A DNA stretch of 64,000 nt from a virus, in the IMG/VR virus record IMGVR_UViG_3300032293_000766, positions 32,001 to 96,000 of that record; one strand, given 5' to 3'. A model generated the notes under the pieces. The model was not told the DNA's origin. It was given only the letters and a program-made list of their open reading frames with translations, and made no database searches. A program made the position numbers and the translations under genes. This document shows positions 10,901 to 19,275 of the stretch, piece after piece; within the stretch, counting starts at the first letter, position 1; every line of letters starts with the position of its first letter.

Positions 10901-13900
10901 TTTACCACCCAAAGCATACCATTTACGCTTGGTGTAAAAAATGATATAGCATCTCTTACAACAAAATCAGACTCTATTGGACCAAATAATTATTTTACTA
11001 TTGGATCATTAGACGCAAATCAAGAATATCTATTTAAGTTAGCCCCAGAAAGCGTAGCTGGCGTTGGGGAATATTCTGACTTGATTAAAGTTAAAACTAG
11101 CCCCGCTTTTATATCAGTATGGAATACATCTAATGTGACTCTAGACACTTCACTTAACGACGAGGTAAGACTACCTCTAGTTGCTAATGGTAATTATAAC
11201 TTCTACGTTTCTTGGGGCGATGGTAAATTCGATCTCATTACTAACGCTAATTATCTTACTAAGTCTCTTCATGAATATTCTACTCCCGGTCAGTATACTA
11301 TTACAATGCAGGGCGTAATAGATGGTTGGCAATTCAAGGAAGATGGAGATTCTATAAAGATACAAGAAGTTAAATCTTGGGGTCCACTTAACTTTATAGA
11401 TAATGTAGATCGTCAATTCCAAGGTTGCAGCAATCTAGTTATAACAGCTAAAGATTATCCAAAGATTGGCAATACTCTTAGTGCATGTTTCTCAGATTGC
11501 ATTAGCCTAAATGACTCTCTAGAAAATTGGGATGTCTCAAGATGTTTGGATATGAACTTCATGTTTTTAAATTGCGTTGCTTACAATGGAGATATTTCTA
11601 AGTGGGATGTTTCTAATGTTAAGAGCATGAGAGCTATGTTCTTAAATGCCGTGTCTTTCAATAGAGACATTGGAAGATGGAATACTGGTAAAGTGTTTAA
11701 CATGAATTCTATGCTTACAAATGCTTCTAGCTTTAATCAAGATATTAGTCTAATGAGAATTGATAGCTTAGTTGATGCAAACAGAATGTTAATAGGCACT
11801 GATATGAGTAAGCAAAACTATGATAACCTTTTAGAATTTTGGGGTGATATAGATACTCCAAAGCGTTCAGACGTAGCTTTTGGAATTAGCCAAGAATATT
11901 CAAAAAATAGTATATCTGATGCAGCTAGACAAACATTGCGTCAACAATATAATTGGATTATTAATGATTATGGTAGCGACAACTCTTTTGTGTTTAAGAT
12001 TAAGAGTGCTACCGATGATTTTACTTTTGATCTTGGCAATTTCTTTAAGACTAACACTAATGATAGTAGTAGATCTTATGGAGCCATGTATGTCAACTTT
12101 GGTGATGACTCATTCTTAGATATTCCTACCGGTTCTAACTCAATAATAAAAAATTATTACGACAAACTATCACAAGAGCTAACAGTGCGCATCGATGGTA
12201 GTATGAGTAATTTTAACACTAAGTATAATGATTCGCGCATATACATAACAGATATAGCTAGGTGGGGTGGTGTTTCTACATTTATCAATAATATACCAGA
12301 TAGATTTTCTGGATGCACAAATCTATTAAGTGTAACCGCTGAAGATTCTCCACAATTAGCTAATTCCATCATGGGATTCTTTAGTGACTGTGAATCGCTT
12401 GGATCAATTGATGATACTGAAAGTACTAGTAATTTTATACTATCTTTTGGTCTGAATATAAATGGTCAATTAGGATATGATACTTCTACTGCATCTAACC
12501 CATTTCCTAGAAAATCAACTAATAAGAGATGGAGAAAAGTTGCTAATGGTAAGAATCATACTCTTGCTATTGACAATCAAGGATACCTATGGTCTTGGGG
12601 AAATAATAGCTCTGGCCAATTAGGACATGGAGATAGAACTTCGCGCATTACACCAGCTAGAATCAGTAATAAAACTTGGAATCATATAGCTGCTGGGCGT
12701 GATCACAGTTTGGCTATAGATAATAATGGTAGGCTTTATGCTTTTGGCAGTAATGCTTATGGACAAATTGGAGATGGCACTAATAATAATAGATTGTCTC
12801 CCGTACTAATAGATCAAATAGATACACAATGGATTTATGTATCTGCCGGTCATGATTTTAGCATGGCTATCTCTGACGATGGAGAATTATATTGCTGGGG
12901 TAATAATGAATACTCACAACTTGGTACTGGTGATATCGTATTAAGAAATGTACCAACTAAGATCGGTATTAAGACTTGGAAGATGATAGACGCTGGCAGA
13001 GATCATGCTTTAGCTATAGATACATCTGACAACTTATACGCTTGGGGAAATAATGCCTACGGTCAATTGGGCCTAGGTAACAATAATACTGCTAATGTTC
13101 CAACATTATTAAGCGGTTCTACTTGGAAGAAGATTAGTGCTGGTGAATTCTACTCTCTAGCAATTAACTCTTTAGACAAGGCGTATGGATGGGGTAATAA
13201 TGCCTATGGTCAACTAGGCAATCAGCAAGGTAAAAACAGCGGCAATAAGATAAACGCCCCAAGTGTCATTAGAAATGATCTTACATTTACAAATATATAT
13301 GCTGGGTATAGACATAGCGCAGCAATTCAAAGTAATAAAGATATGTGGCTATGGGGTGATAATACATACGGTCAGCTAGGATATCAAACATCTCAACTAT
13401 CAAATAGTGAACTACCAGTTAAACTAAATAGTACAAATAATTTTGGTAATATAGCTTTAGGTGAATATCATACATCATCAATTTTAGATGAACCACCCGT
13501 TTCTTCTACTAGTCTAGAAGATTGGAATTTGGTAAATGTTACTGATATCAGCAATATGTTCAGAAATTGCTCATCATTTAATGTAGATATTGATAGCTGG
13601 AATACTTCTAGCGTAGTAAGCATGAGCTACTGTTTCGCTGGAGCCACAGCTTTCAATAGAAGTCTAAATAGCTGGAATACCAGTAGCGTTATAGATATGA
13701 GTAGTATGTTTGCTGGCGCTATATCTTTTGATGAAGATATTGCAGGCTGGGATACTTATAACGTAAGAAATATGAGTAATATGTTTAACGGTGCTTCTAG
13801 TTTTGATAAGAATGTTGGGTTCTGGGACATAAGTAAAGTTAAAGATATGAGCTTTATGTTTACAAATGCAGTTTCACTAAGCACAAGAACATATAGCAAT

Positions 13901-14056
13901 ATTCTAGTTAGATGGTCTACAGCGCAAGTTCAGCGCGGAGTAGTTCTTCACGCTTCGTCTTATTATGATGGGTCTTCTGTATCAGTCATGTCTGCTCGTA
14001 ACTATCTACTATCTAACGATTGGACAATAAATGATCTGGGGGCCATTAATGTATAA
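4967..14056 (+). CDS. Giant multidomain tail fibre/adhesin (3029 aa): FN3 x4, LamG/ConA x5, PKD-like, DUF285/BspA-like repeats, 7 RCC1 repeats
   Basis: N-terminal DRIKE..TTGSG fibre anchor; FN3 motifs; five FT(I/V)E.(W/F) LamG cores; WDVSNV..M..MF DUF285 repeats; seven (W/F)G.N..(G/S)Q(L/I)G RCC1 repeats. Confidence 0.85.
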   Translation: MSDKIVLYDRIKELSYTTGSGNIILEGSPAGFSSFASVYPHSGVLFYAITDGNNYEIGSGIFLRSDFSASDNILSNQIQRFPIRTSTNSIINWSTGLKEVYVTYPASHSVYTGSGIGSYNNPQVSGLAIWGGSHTLDYDPNLVWNSTLNRLGINKSNPSFAIDIGGQSYESIINASGYIVGNSGIKFASGTQSEHFLKNKLDIDAYNESLLSQTTGLSDVVQLSGAVNQYLLLKKQNAGLFFAGPPSGCGAPPCNPNYPSFRTITMSDLPPLSNTYASYSSGVNHAGRITFWVNNNTIGSDQYFQWDSINHKLSIGKPGIAPVADVEISGVVDILGRLNISSGIRLIPSNNIGSGNSILYQNANNQLVFNNEPYVSSGKVELMVSNAVSSFLLNDLNLNIALSGKSFIPTGTIQYSEVSGVNGQLLLDNQYLYAYTPSGQWRRIYLGNAFDIRSFGDNSFVPPDAPINLSGVPKNQSVHLIWTAPNSSLGIIDYIVQYSGVANSGWLTYGGENSEPRQNVNGLVNGQTYSFRVAAVSAVGSGAYSNTFQSVPNPTVPFAPLITSIANNNIDSITVNWTTPDNGGANISSYELEYTPLSGLAQYLNVGSVNTYTLNSTNGIQGEVAESPNGGAFYTVRVRATNSVGSSNYSTPASLLVRSIGPPSPPRSVQLESVTFDSATLSFILPEFAGHPGEPVSSLDYRALVRFDNFDNTAFAVSGSFSANNGYFYPVYLNSGIAALSGVPMAITMQTFKNITFYGVSSITQSGVASYPTNQYDLYNRYDQVVPDSPSADLRRSVTISNLNRDKLYNITLQSFNNNYNSASSNIVNANTTNPPLKPTNFIGFAESNSGIILSWTNPTQPLPVIDHSIKIGTPSVYCLDFENLRDFDRGTTEDLRVYNSANLGSLTVNKLGSVNYSSDSAVGTKSILLQGLSSARGLYAESSKDLEFGLNDFTVECFVKLDDVNKESILFDFRKNGLNPDAEDLEGEYFLLRVKPNGRLEYRDSEAQRSGFVTNTVLTSGTWHHVAFSRFNNISKIFVDNIAVSSGYVDNLKYLSSPFAFGYDTSLSNPSKNFIGKVDGIRVTNGVGLYVGNFTKPNYNFVDTQFKLNLTNYQAINLNFEQSSGNNNSIVQIPNVRNRLILQMDGDNNTFIDNSTNPNSIISVGNVTQSTNQISPVGGKSAYFDGNSYLDCNSSIGTLVGSENFTIEAWFYLTSPASGIQAIVGSKSSFPFLGELSHIVGIYNNKPYAFVSVGLGTFPVFNPNVQDISLNQWHRINFNRSGNTYYLNFDNVVIAEQTIGGLNTTGSGSLHIGAYDGLNKFSGYIDGVRILADDAYINIPQDNSTPTSQIAIPLVGNAQLVPFPKNGNNSLFIPGNGNNGFLQQFSNNELAFGVKDFTIESWVYPLALDNEYFLFDFRPTNKNSDPGGTYFLLTLNQNRGLNYYTDGKARISTSGNLSLGNWNKVEVSRNQGVTRVFVNGTIAGSLENDRFNFLNQNCRIGYTSWNNRPDYVNQNFIGYIDDFRVLKGVGLYTTNHSVSQSYKNILYAPSDYSSVILNFEEVTDDSLSIENSGNLVSQSTAVKKFGNHSLFFPSSGNNVVSSDISSNLHFGKKDFTIESWIYPTAISGTTPLFDFRPSNVNSLSINDAGVVDGTYLYLTLNSDRSISYITDGSTRIQSSGSAIPSGSWSHVALSRKNGISRLFINGVQHSGVYVDDNNFQPQSFRFGNTAWTSGSFNTYKGYADLINVSKVGQYTQNFTPPNNTFVEITNNNSYPAILLDYNSLIVDKTKQSPITVRAGTSTGNIIKFGSSSLYMGVSPSSPLGIETDESYLFAFSKNDFTVETWIYPTDLSNDQSIFDFRPSVGGGEINSTDNGTYFHLDISSNRSLRYKAGDSTLSNVPTGVISENTWQHIAVSRSNNITRLFVNGTQVGSDIVDNNNFLFSRFRIGPSVNASKNFKGYLDETRVLNGTGAYVNTFTTQSIPFTLGVKNDIASLTTKSDSIGPNNYFTIGSLDANQEYLFKLAPESVAGVGEYSDLIKVKTSPAFISVWNTSNVTLDTSLNDEVRLPLVANGNYNFYVSWGDGKFDLITNANYLTKSLHEYSTPGQYTITMQGVIDGWQFKEDGDSIKIQEVKSWGPLNFIDNVDRQFQGCSNLVITAKDYPKIGNTLSACFSDCISLNDSLENWDVSRCLDMNFMFLNCVAYNGDISKWDVSNVKSMRAMFLNAVSFNRDIGRWNTGKVFNMNSMLTNASSFNQDISLMRIDSLVDANRMLIGTDMSKQNYDNLLEFWGDIDTPKRSDVAFGISQEYSKNSISDAARQTLRQQYNWIINDYGSDNSFVFKIKSATDDFTFDLGNFFKTNTNDSSRSYGAMYVNFGDDSFLDIPTGSNSIIKNYYDKLSQELTVRIDGSMSNFNTKYNDSRIYITDIARWGGVSTFINNIPDRFSGCTNLLSVTAEDSPQLANSIMGFFSDCESLGSIDDTESTSNFILSFGLNINGQLGYDTSTASNPFPRKSTNKRWRKVANGKNHTLAIDNQGYLWSWGNNSSGQLGHGDRTSRITPARISNKTWNHIAAGRDHSLAIDNNGRLYAFGSNAYGQIGDGTNNNRLSPVLIDQIDTQWIYVSAGHDFSMAISDDGELYCWGNNEYSQLGTGDIVLRNVPTKIGIKTWKMIDAGRDHALAIDTSDNLYAWGNNAYGQLGLGNNNTANVPTLLSGSTWKKISAGEFYSLAINSLDKAYGWGNNAYGQLGNQQGKNSGNKINAPSVIRNDLTFTNIYAGYRHSAAIQSNKDMWLWGDNTYGQLGYQTSQLSNSELPVKLNSTNNFGNIALGEYHTSSILDEPPVSSTSLEDWNLVNVTDISNMFRNCSSFNVDIDSWNTSSVVSMSYCFAGATAFNRSLNSWNTSSVIDMSSMFAGAISFDEDIAGWDTYNVRNMSNMFNGASSFDKNVGFWDISKVKDMSFMFTNAVSLSTRTYSNILVRWSTAQVQRGVVLHASSYYDGSSVSVMSARNYLLSNDWTINDLGAINV

Positions 14057-14585
14057 CTATATCGCTGAAAATATATGGTACGCAGTCATACACAACGTAT
14101 CATTAGACATATTATCTTTTGGTAGCTTATATTTTGGCAGAGAGATATCTACTAATCATACTATAAAAATTTTTGATACAGAAAAAAATCTAGAAGAGTA
14201 TGTAGATAGTCGCAAGGGCGACTCTTGGTATAAATCACATAAAAACAACGTAGATACTAATACCCCCATAACCAAACAAATAAAAGAAATAATGATAGAG
14301 CGCGAAAAAGAAATCCTAAATAGTGGATGGCAAACAAGCTTCAACTATAGATTATCTATGAATGATAGCACTTATAATACTCTTATGAATACATTAATAT
14401 CTAGCAAAGACGCATCACTAGAAGATACCGCAAAGATAATGATATTAGACAGTGAAAACATACCAAGACAAATTAAATTCGAAGATTTCAAAAAACTCAT
14501 GTTTGAATATAACCAAGCGCGTATTTTATTTCAAATGTGTTATAACAAGCGTATTAAAGAGATAGAATCTAGGAAAGTACTATAA
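14049..14585 (+). CDS. Hypothetical protein, possible tail-fibre assembly chaperone
   Basis: Directly after the giant fibre gene; C-terminal half resembles DUF4376-like fibre-associated proteins; ATG 14049 overlaps the fibre stop. Confidence 0.45.
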   Translation: MYNYIAENIWYAVIHNVSLDILSFGSLYFGREISTNHTIKIFDTEKNLEEYVDSRKGDSWYKSHKNNVDTNTPITKQIKEIMIEREKEILNSGWQTSFNYRLSMNDSTYNTLMNTLISSKDASLEDTAKIMILDSENIPRQIKFEDFKKLMFEYNQARILFQMCYNKRIKEIESRKVL

Positions 14586-15067
14586 TGCCCGTCAATATAC
14601 CACAAAGCGTATTTGATAAATATTTTGACGTTATAGATTCCACCTTTGATATATTCGGAGTGACATGTCAATTAGTATCAATAGACAAAAAAGAAATTAT
14701 TAATAAAGATCCAAATAATAACTACCCAAATCGTGATACTGTAAATCCACACAGAAGGGGTAATGGTATAGTGAATACTGGGAATACTACTATTATAGAA
14801 ACAGAAATATTAACAGATATCAAACTCAAAGTATATTGGGATAGTAAGCAGTGGGTTAAAGTAACAGACAGTATAGTAGCCCCTAACACTTCTATCCAAA
14901 CTATCTGCTTTATGTCTGATTTACAAAAAATACTTAACGCAAAAGCTTTAATAGTACACAAAGATATCAAAGATAAAAAAGAGATGAGATTTGAAAGAAT
15001 CGGTGAACATATACCTCTAGGTTTAAAACAAAATAGATATTTTGCCTGTTTTTGGAAAAGAGTATGA
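14585..15067 (+). CDS. Putative head-closure/neck protein
   Basis: 160 aa, beta-rich, TAATG-coupled, in head-tail joining position. Confidence 0.45.
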   Translation: MPVNIPQSVFDKYFDVIDSTFDIFGVTCQLVSIDKKEIINKDPNNNYPNRDTVNPHRRGNGIVNTGNTTIIETEILTDIKLKVYWDSKQWVKVTDSIVAPNTSIQTICFMSDLQKILNAKALIVHKDIKDKKEMRFERIGEHIPLGLKQNRYFACFWKRV

Positions 15068-15699
15068 TAACCATAAAGCTGATAGATCCAGTTTCAAAAA
15101 TAACTACCGATATTAATCTCTCTATCGCCCAATATCTGAATGACAGAATAATAAAAAATAGACTTTCCACTATCAATAAAATTAAGAGTTATATACCAGC
15201 TTGGATTAATTCTCAGCCAGAAATAATATCTTTACAGTCTCAAACTACAAATACTCTATTTGCTCTATTTGGATTAAGATCTGGATCTACAAATAGTATC
15301 GTAGACGATATCATAAACAGTGTTGTTAATTCTCTTTCTTTTAGTTTTAATCCTATAGATAATCAATTAAATGGTGGCATAACAATAGAGTTACAGCCAT
15401 CAGATTTTCAAAACTTATTATCTTTACAAAGTGGACACGTAGTATATAGTCAAGGAGATTTACACTGGCTTAACTGGCTATTAACTATGGGAAATTCAGT
15501 TATAATAGCTAATTACAATTACTCGCCACAATCTGGAGCGGGTAGATCTAGACAGGGCATAATGAAATTTGGAGGTTCTTTCAGAATACCCCCACAATAT
15601 TCTGGTACAGATACAGACAATTTTATAACAAGAGCATTAACCGGTTCTGCGCAAGAAGATCAAATAACTCAAATCATAAATACAGAATTATTCAAATGA
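15064..15699 (+). CDS. Putative neck/tail-completion protein
   Basis: ATGA overlap at 15064; LHWLNWLL and GT..DNFITRAL motifs reminiscent of tail-completion proteins; synteny. Confidence 0.45.
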   Translation: MITIKLIDPVSKITTDINLSIAQYLNDRIIKNRLSTINKIKSYIPAWINSQPEIISLQSQTTNTLFALFGLRSGSTNSIVDDIINSVVNSLSFSFNPIDNQLNGGITIELQPSDFQNLLSLQSGHVVYSQGDLHWLNWLLTMGNSVIIANYNYSPQSGAGRSRQGIMKFGGSFRIPPQYSGTDTDNFITRALTGSAQEDQITQIINTELFK

Positions 15700-16646
15700 G
15701 CGACTATACATCCTTAAAAGGATTTAACAGTGTTTTTGAAACAACTCTTGGTAATGAGTTGCAAGATAATATTGTTGAATTTTTTGATTGGGGCTTATTA
15801 CAAAAGGGCAACTATTTTAATGTAACCCTTGGTGAACGCAACGAGAGTAACGAAGATTATAGTAAATTATCTTATGTAGATTTACAAAATGTTAACGGCA
15901 CCGTTTTTCAGGCATTTAGAGGTAATTGGGTTTGGCAAAGTGGAATTAGCTATCCAAACCCACCTGTTTATCCATCGTCTATATACGTAGATGGTCGCCT
16001 CAATGTACAGCCAAGCGGTAGAGATTATAAAATAGACTATTACAATGGTAGAATAATTTTTACTCAGCCAAGTGGATCAAGTAATCCTAATGGTATAAAT
16101 AAAAATAGCATAATACAAGTTCCATACTCATACAAATATATTAATGTTATTTACGCAAACACTTTACCTTGGCTGAAAGAAATTGAGTATAAGTCACTTT
16201 ACAATGTAGATCAAGACCCGAATAAAACTACACCAAGTGAAATGAAAATTCAATTACCGGCCATAGCGGTTGAAATAGTCCCAAACAGAAGAATGTCTGG
16301 ATATCAACTTGGTGGCGGGCAATATATAACTAATCAGATTTTGTTCCATTGTATAGCTGAAAATGACTTTGATCTAAATAGGTTAGTTGATATTGTTTCT
16401 ATGCAAAATGATAAAACGATATATACCTTTAATTCTAATACTATAGCTTCTAGTGGCGCTTTTCCAATTAAGTATGACGGCACCCTATCCTCTAATCCAC
16501 TAAGATATCCAGAACTTATTAAAAATTTCCCAGGATATAGTGTTCGACTAAACAAATGCACGGCTAATGAATCTAAAACCATTAATAGTAACTTATTTTT
16601 GTGTATAGTAAGTATAATGGCAGAAATCATCGATGAAAATATTTAA
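15696..16646 (+). CDS. Putative tail terminator-like structural protein
   Basis: YKIDYYNGRIIF motif and LPAIAVE...YQLGG segment; lies immediately before the major tail gene. Confidence 0.5.
   Translation: MSDYTSLKGFNSVFETTLGNELQDNIVEFFDWGLLQKGNYFNVTLGERNESNEDYSKLSYVDLQNVNGTVFQAFRGNWVWQSGISYPNPPVYPSSIYVDGRLNVQPSGRDYKIDYYNGRIIFTQPSGSSNPNGINKNSIIQVPYSYKYINVIYANTLPWLKEIEYKSLYNVDQDPNKTTPSEMKIQLPAIAVEIVPNRRMSGYQLGGGQYITNQILFHCIAENDFDLNRLVDIVSMQNDKTIYTFNSNTIASSGAFPIKYDGTLSSNPLRYPELIKNFPGYSVRLNKCTANESKTINSNLFLCIVSIMAEIIDENI
16601..16613 (+). promoter_or_regulatory. Putative phage late promoter GTGTATAGTAAGT for the major tail gene
   Basis: Identical to 3357-3369; 64 nt before ATG 16678. Confidence 0.55.
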
Positions 16647-16677
16647 ACTAACAACATATTCTATAGGAGAGTAACTC

Positions 16678-17844
16678 ATGCCTAATAATAAGAGAATTTT
16701 TTATGCCTGCCAAGCTGTTGGCATTTCGGAAATGAATAAAGCTACGCCAGCTATGCACATTTTGCACGGCGTTCAGAGCGTTGGCATTAACACTGCTTTT
16801 AATCTTGAGCAAGTCTTTGAACTTGGTCAATTACAAATTTATGAAAACATTGAAGGTATTCCAGAAGTTGAAGTTACTTTAGAAAAAGTACTAGACGGGT
16901 TTCCCCTTATTTATACAGCCGCCACTTCCTCAAGAGACGCTTTGGGGTTTAATAGTGCTGTTGGTAATGGTTTAGCACAGCGCGCTAATAATCAGTGCTG
17001 TTTGCATTTAGGTATTTTTGATGAGACTAATAATACAGTATCATCTTTTGCGCCCACTACTCAGGTTTATATGTCTGGGATGTATGTCAGTAATGTTAGT
17101 TACACTATGCCAACTGATGGAAACATGACAGAATCTATTACATTAGCTGGAAATCATAAAACATGGGCGCCAGCAACTGCTAATCAGATGACTTCTGCAC
17201 TTACTGTTAAATTGAGCGGTGTCGGTACTACTGGTTCAGCAGCTGATAGAGTTGGTGCCGATCAACCGCGCGATGGCGTAGGCGCAGTTGGTGTTGCAAG
17301 AAGAGAAAATTTCGTAATGGCTTCATCAATTATGCCAAAAAGTATTATTAAGGCTACATCACCAAGTAGGTCCAGTGCTGATATTACAGCAACTAGCGGA
17401 AATGGCTATGACTCTACTACTAATTCTCCCACTGTTCATATCCAATCAGTAACTGTTAGTACAGACTTTGGTCGTGAAGATATTTTCGAACTAGGTCGTA
17501 AGTTTGCTTACTATCGCCCTGCTACATTCCCAGTAGAGGTTACTTGTGAAATGGAAGTTATTTCTAATTCTGGAGACTATGTAAGTGCTTTAGAAGAAGG
17601 CGATCCCGACTTCCATTCAGTCGCAAGAACTAGTGGTAATAACACTAGTGATGAAACTATTAAATTAATCATTAACAATGGTTATACTTTTGATCTTGGT
17701 ACTAAAAATAGATTATCATCAGTTAACTTTGCTGGTGGCGATGCCGGTGGCGGTAATGCTACTATGACATTTAGCTATACTAACTTCAATGATTTAACAA
17801 TAATAGACCAAAACAGTGGCGTACTTACTAGTAATGTACAATAA
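16678..17844 (+). CDS. Major tail (tube) protein
   Basis: Internally duplicated GVQSV...EQVFELGQ and HIQSV...EDIFELGR tube-like motifs; strong SD aggag; upstream of chaperones and tape measure. Confidence 0.7.
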   Translation: MPNNKRIFYACQAVGISEMNKATPAMHILHGVQSVGINTAFNLEQVFELGQLQIYENIEGIPEVEVTLEKVLDGFPLIYTAATSSRDALGFNSAVGNGLAQRANNQCCLHLGIFDETNNTVSSFAPTTQVYMSGMYVSNVSYTMPTDGNMTESITLAGNHKTWAPATANQMTSALTVKLSGVGTTGSAADRVGADQPRDGVGAVGVARRENFVMASSIMPKSIIKATSPSRSSADITATSGNGYDSTTNSPTVHIQSVTVSTDFGREDIFELGRKFAYYRPATFPVEVTCEMEVISNSGDYVSALEEGDPDFHSVARTSGNNTSDETIKLIINNGYTFDLGTKNRLSSVNFAGGDAGGGNATMTFSYTNFNDLTIIDQNSGVLTSNVQ

Positions 17845-17876
17845 AGAATAGCGATTTAGGAAAATAAAGGAAACAT

Positions 17877-17906
17877 ATGAAAGCTCTCGCTGGTGAGGTT
17901 CTATAA
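17877..17906 (+). CDS. Possible 9-codon leader ORF MKALAGEVL
   Basis: AAAGGA SD just upstream of ATG 17877; its TAA overlaps the ATG of 17906 (TAATG). Confidence 0.35.
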   Translation: MKALAGEVL

Positions 17907-18946
17907 TGGACTTTCAAAAGCGAGAGCTTTTTGTATTAAAAATTAGATTAGGTAAAATTAAAATACCAAAATTAAAATGTGAATTATATCCACCCACCAT
18001 TGAGGATAGGTTAGAGTCATGCGAAGTATATGATCAAGCGTACTTCAATGCTCTCAATGAAGAGATGATGACTGAACATCAAATGGCCGAGTGGATGATA
18101 GAACATAACTTATGGAGTCATCACGAAGAAAAAGACTTAGAAGGTATAAGAAAAAACATAGAAGATATTAAAGTAGAAGTATACAAGCTCAATAAAGAAA
18201 AAAATAAAGCCAATCAACTAAAGAGATATCTTAGGTCTATTGAAAAAAAGCTTAATGACCAAATAAACAAAAAAAACTTGTATTACTATAATACATGTGA
18301 AAGTATAGCCAATCTAGAGAAACTAAGATATTTAATTAAGCGTAATTGCTTACAAAATAATAGGATATGTGACTTAGAAGATGACGAATTAGACTATGTT
18401 CTAGATTGTTTCCGTGAGAGTATTTTATCGGAAGAAATAATAAGAGAAGTTTCGCGCAACGAGCCGTGGCGTTCTTTGTGGTTCATTAAAAATCACAATA
18501 AACAAGACGTATTTTTGAATCTAGATAGAGATATTACTATAAATCAACAAAATTTATTATTGTGGTCACAAACATATGATAATATCCATGAATCAATGGA
18601 CTGCCCAAGCGACGATGTTATAGATGATGATGATATGTTGGATGGATGGTTAATATTTCAGTCACGTAAAAGAAAACAGGAAAAGGTAGAGCAGGATATG
18701 GACAAAAAGATGAGTAGTAAAGTTAAAAATTCTTCTGAAGTATATTTAATGGCATCTAATATTGATGAAGCTAAAGATATAGAAAATATTAATTCATATC
18801 ACTCTAAGATGATTAAGAAGCAAAGGCAAGCAGTCATAAAGCACAGCGGTGACGCTGGCGTTACTCAGGATAAATTTCAAGACGAAATATTAGACCAGCA
18901 AGCTAAACAAAATCAACAATTTTTACAGAACGCTAGGAGGAAATAA
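17906..18946 (+). CDS. Putative tail assembly chaperone (paralog A)
   Basis: Charged helical protein between tube and tape measure genes; shares MT..(Q/E)...M...N.W and NT(C/A)E motifs with 19276-20139. Confidence 0.5.
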   Translation: MDFQKRELFVLKIRLGKIKIPKLKCELYPPTIEDRLESCEVYDQAYFNALNEEMMTEHQMAEWMIEHNLWSHHEEKDLEGIRKNIEDIKVEVYKLNKEKNKANQLKRYLRSIEKKLNDQINKKNLYYYNTCESIANLEKLRYLIKRNCLQNNRICDLEDDELDYVLDCFRESILSEEIIREVSRNEPWRSLWFIKNHNKQDVFLNLDRDITINQQNLLLWSQTYDNIHESMDCPSDDVIDDDDMLDGWLIFQSRKRKQEKVEQDMDKKMSSKVKNSSEVYLMASNIDEAKDIENINSYHSKMIKKQRQAVIKHSGDAGVTQDKFQDEILDQQAKQNQQFLQNARRK

Positions 18947-19272
18947 TGTCTCAGGATTATAAAAATATTAGAGATAAAAAATATCAAATTGATTCTAAAG
19001 ATAGGCTATCTAAGATATTGAAAAAGAAAGTTCAAACTACAATGATCGGCGCGTTGAGTACTATGGAAAAATATTTTGGGTTTTTATGGAATAGTGATAC
19101 AGGTAAGTTAACGGAAGATCAGAAGAAAATGCTTGAATTATATCAAGCAATGCGCTCGGAGATATTAGACAAGGGGAATCATCAAGCCAGAAATATTGAT
19201 GCTGAATTGTCTCAGTATAATGTGGAATGGCTAAGATATAATATAACAATGCCAGTTATAAACAAGGAGTAA
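18946..19272 (+). CDS. Hypothetical helical protein in the tail assembly region
   Basis: 108-aa ORF, TAATG coupling, SD aggagg. Confidence 0.6.
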   Translation: MSQDYKNIRDKKYQIDSKDRLSKILKKKVQTTMIGALSTMEKYFGFLWNSDTGKLTEDQKKMLELYQAMRSEILDKGNHQARNIDAELSQYNVEWLRYNITMPVINKE

Positions 19273-19275
19273 AAA

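Noticed and set aside
4967-14056. Diversity-generating retroelement target in the fibre
   Set aside because: No reverse transcriptase in the window and no near-identical repeat pair differing only at adenines noticed; cannot exclude a template elsewhere in the genome.
18266-18280. A-run (AAAAAAAAAC) as a programmed G/GT frameshift site
   Set aside because: Mid-gene in AT-rich DNA, and the ORF track shows no substantial alternative frame downstream.
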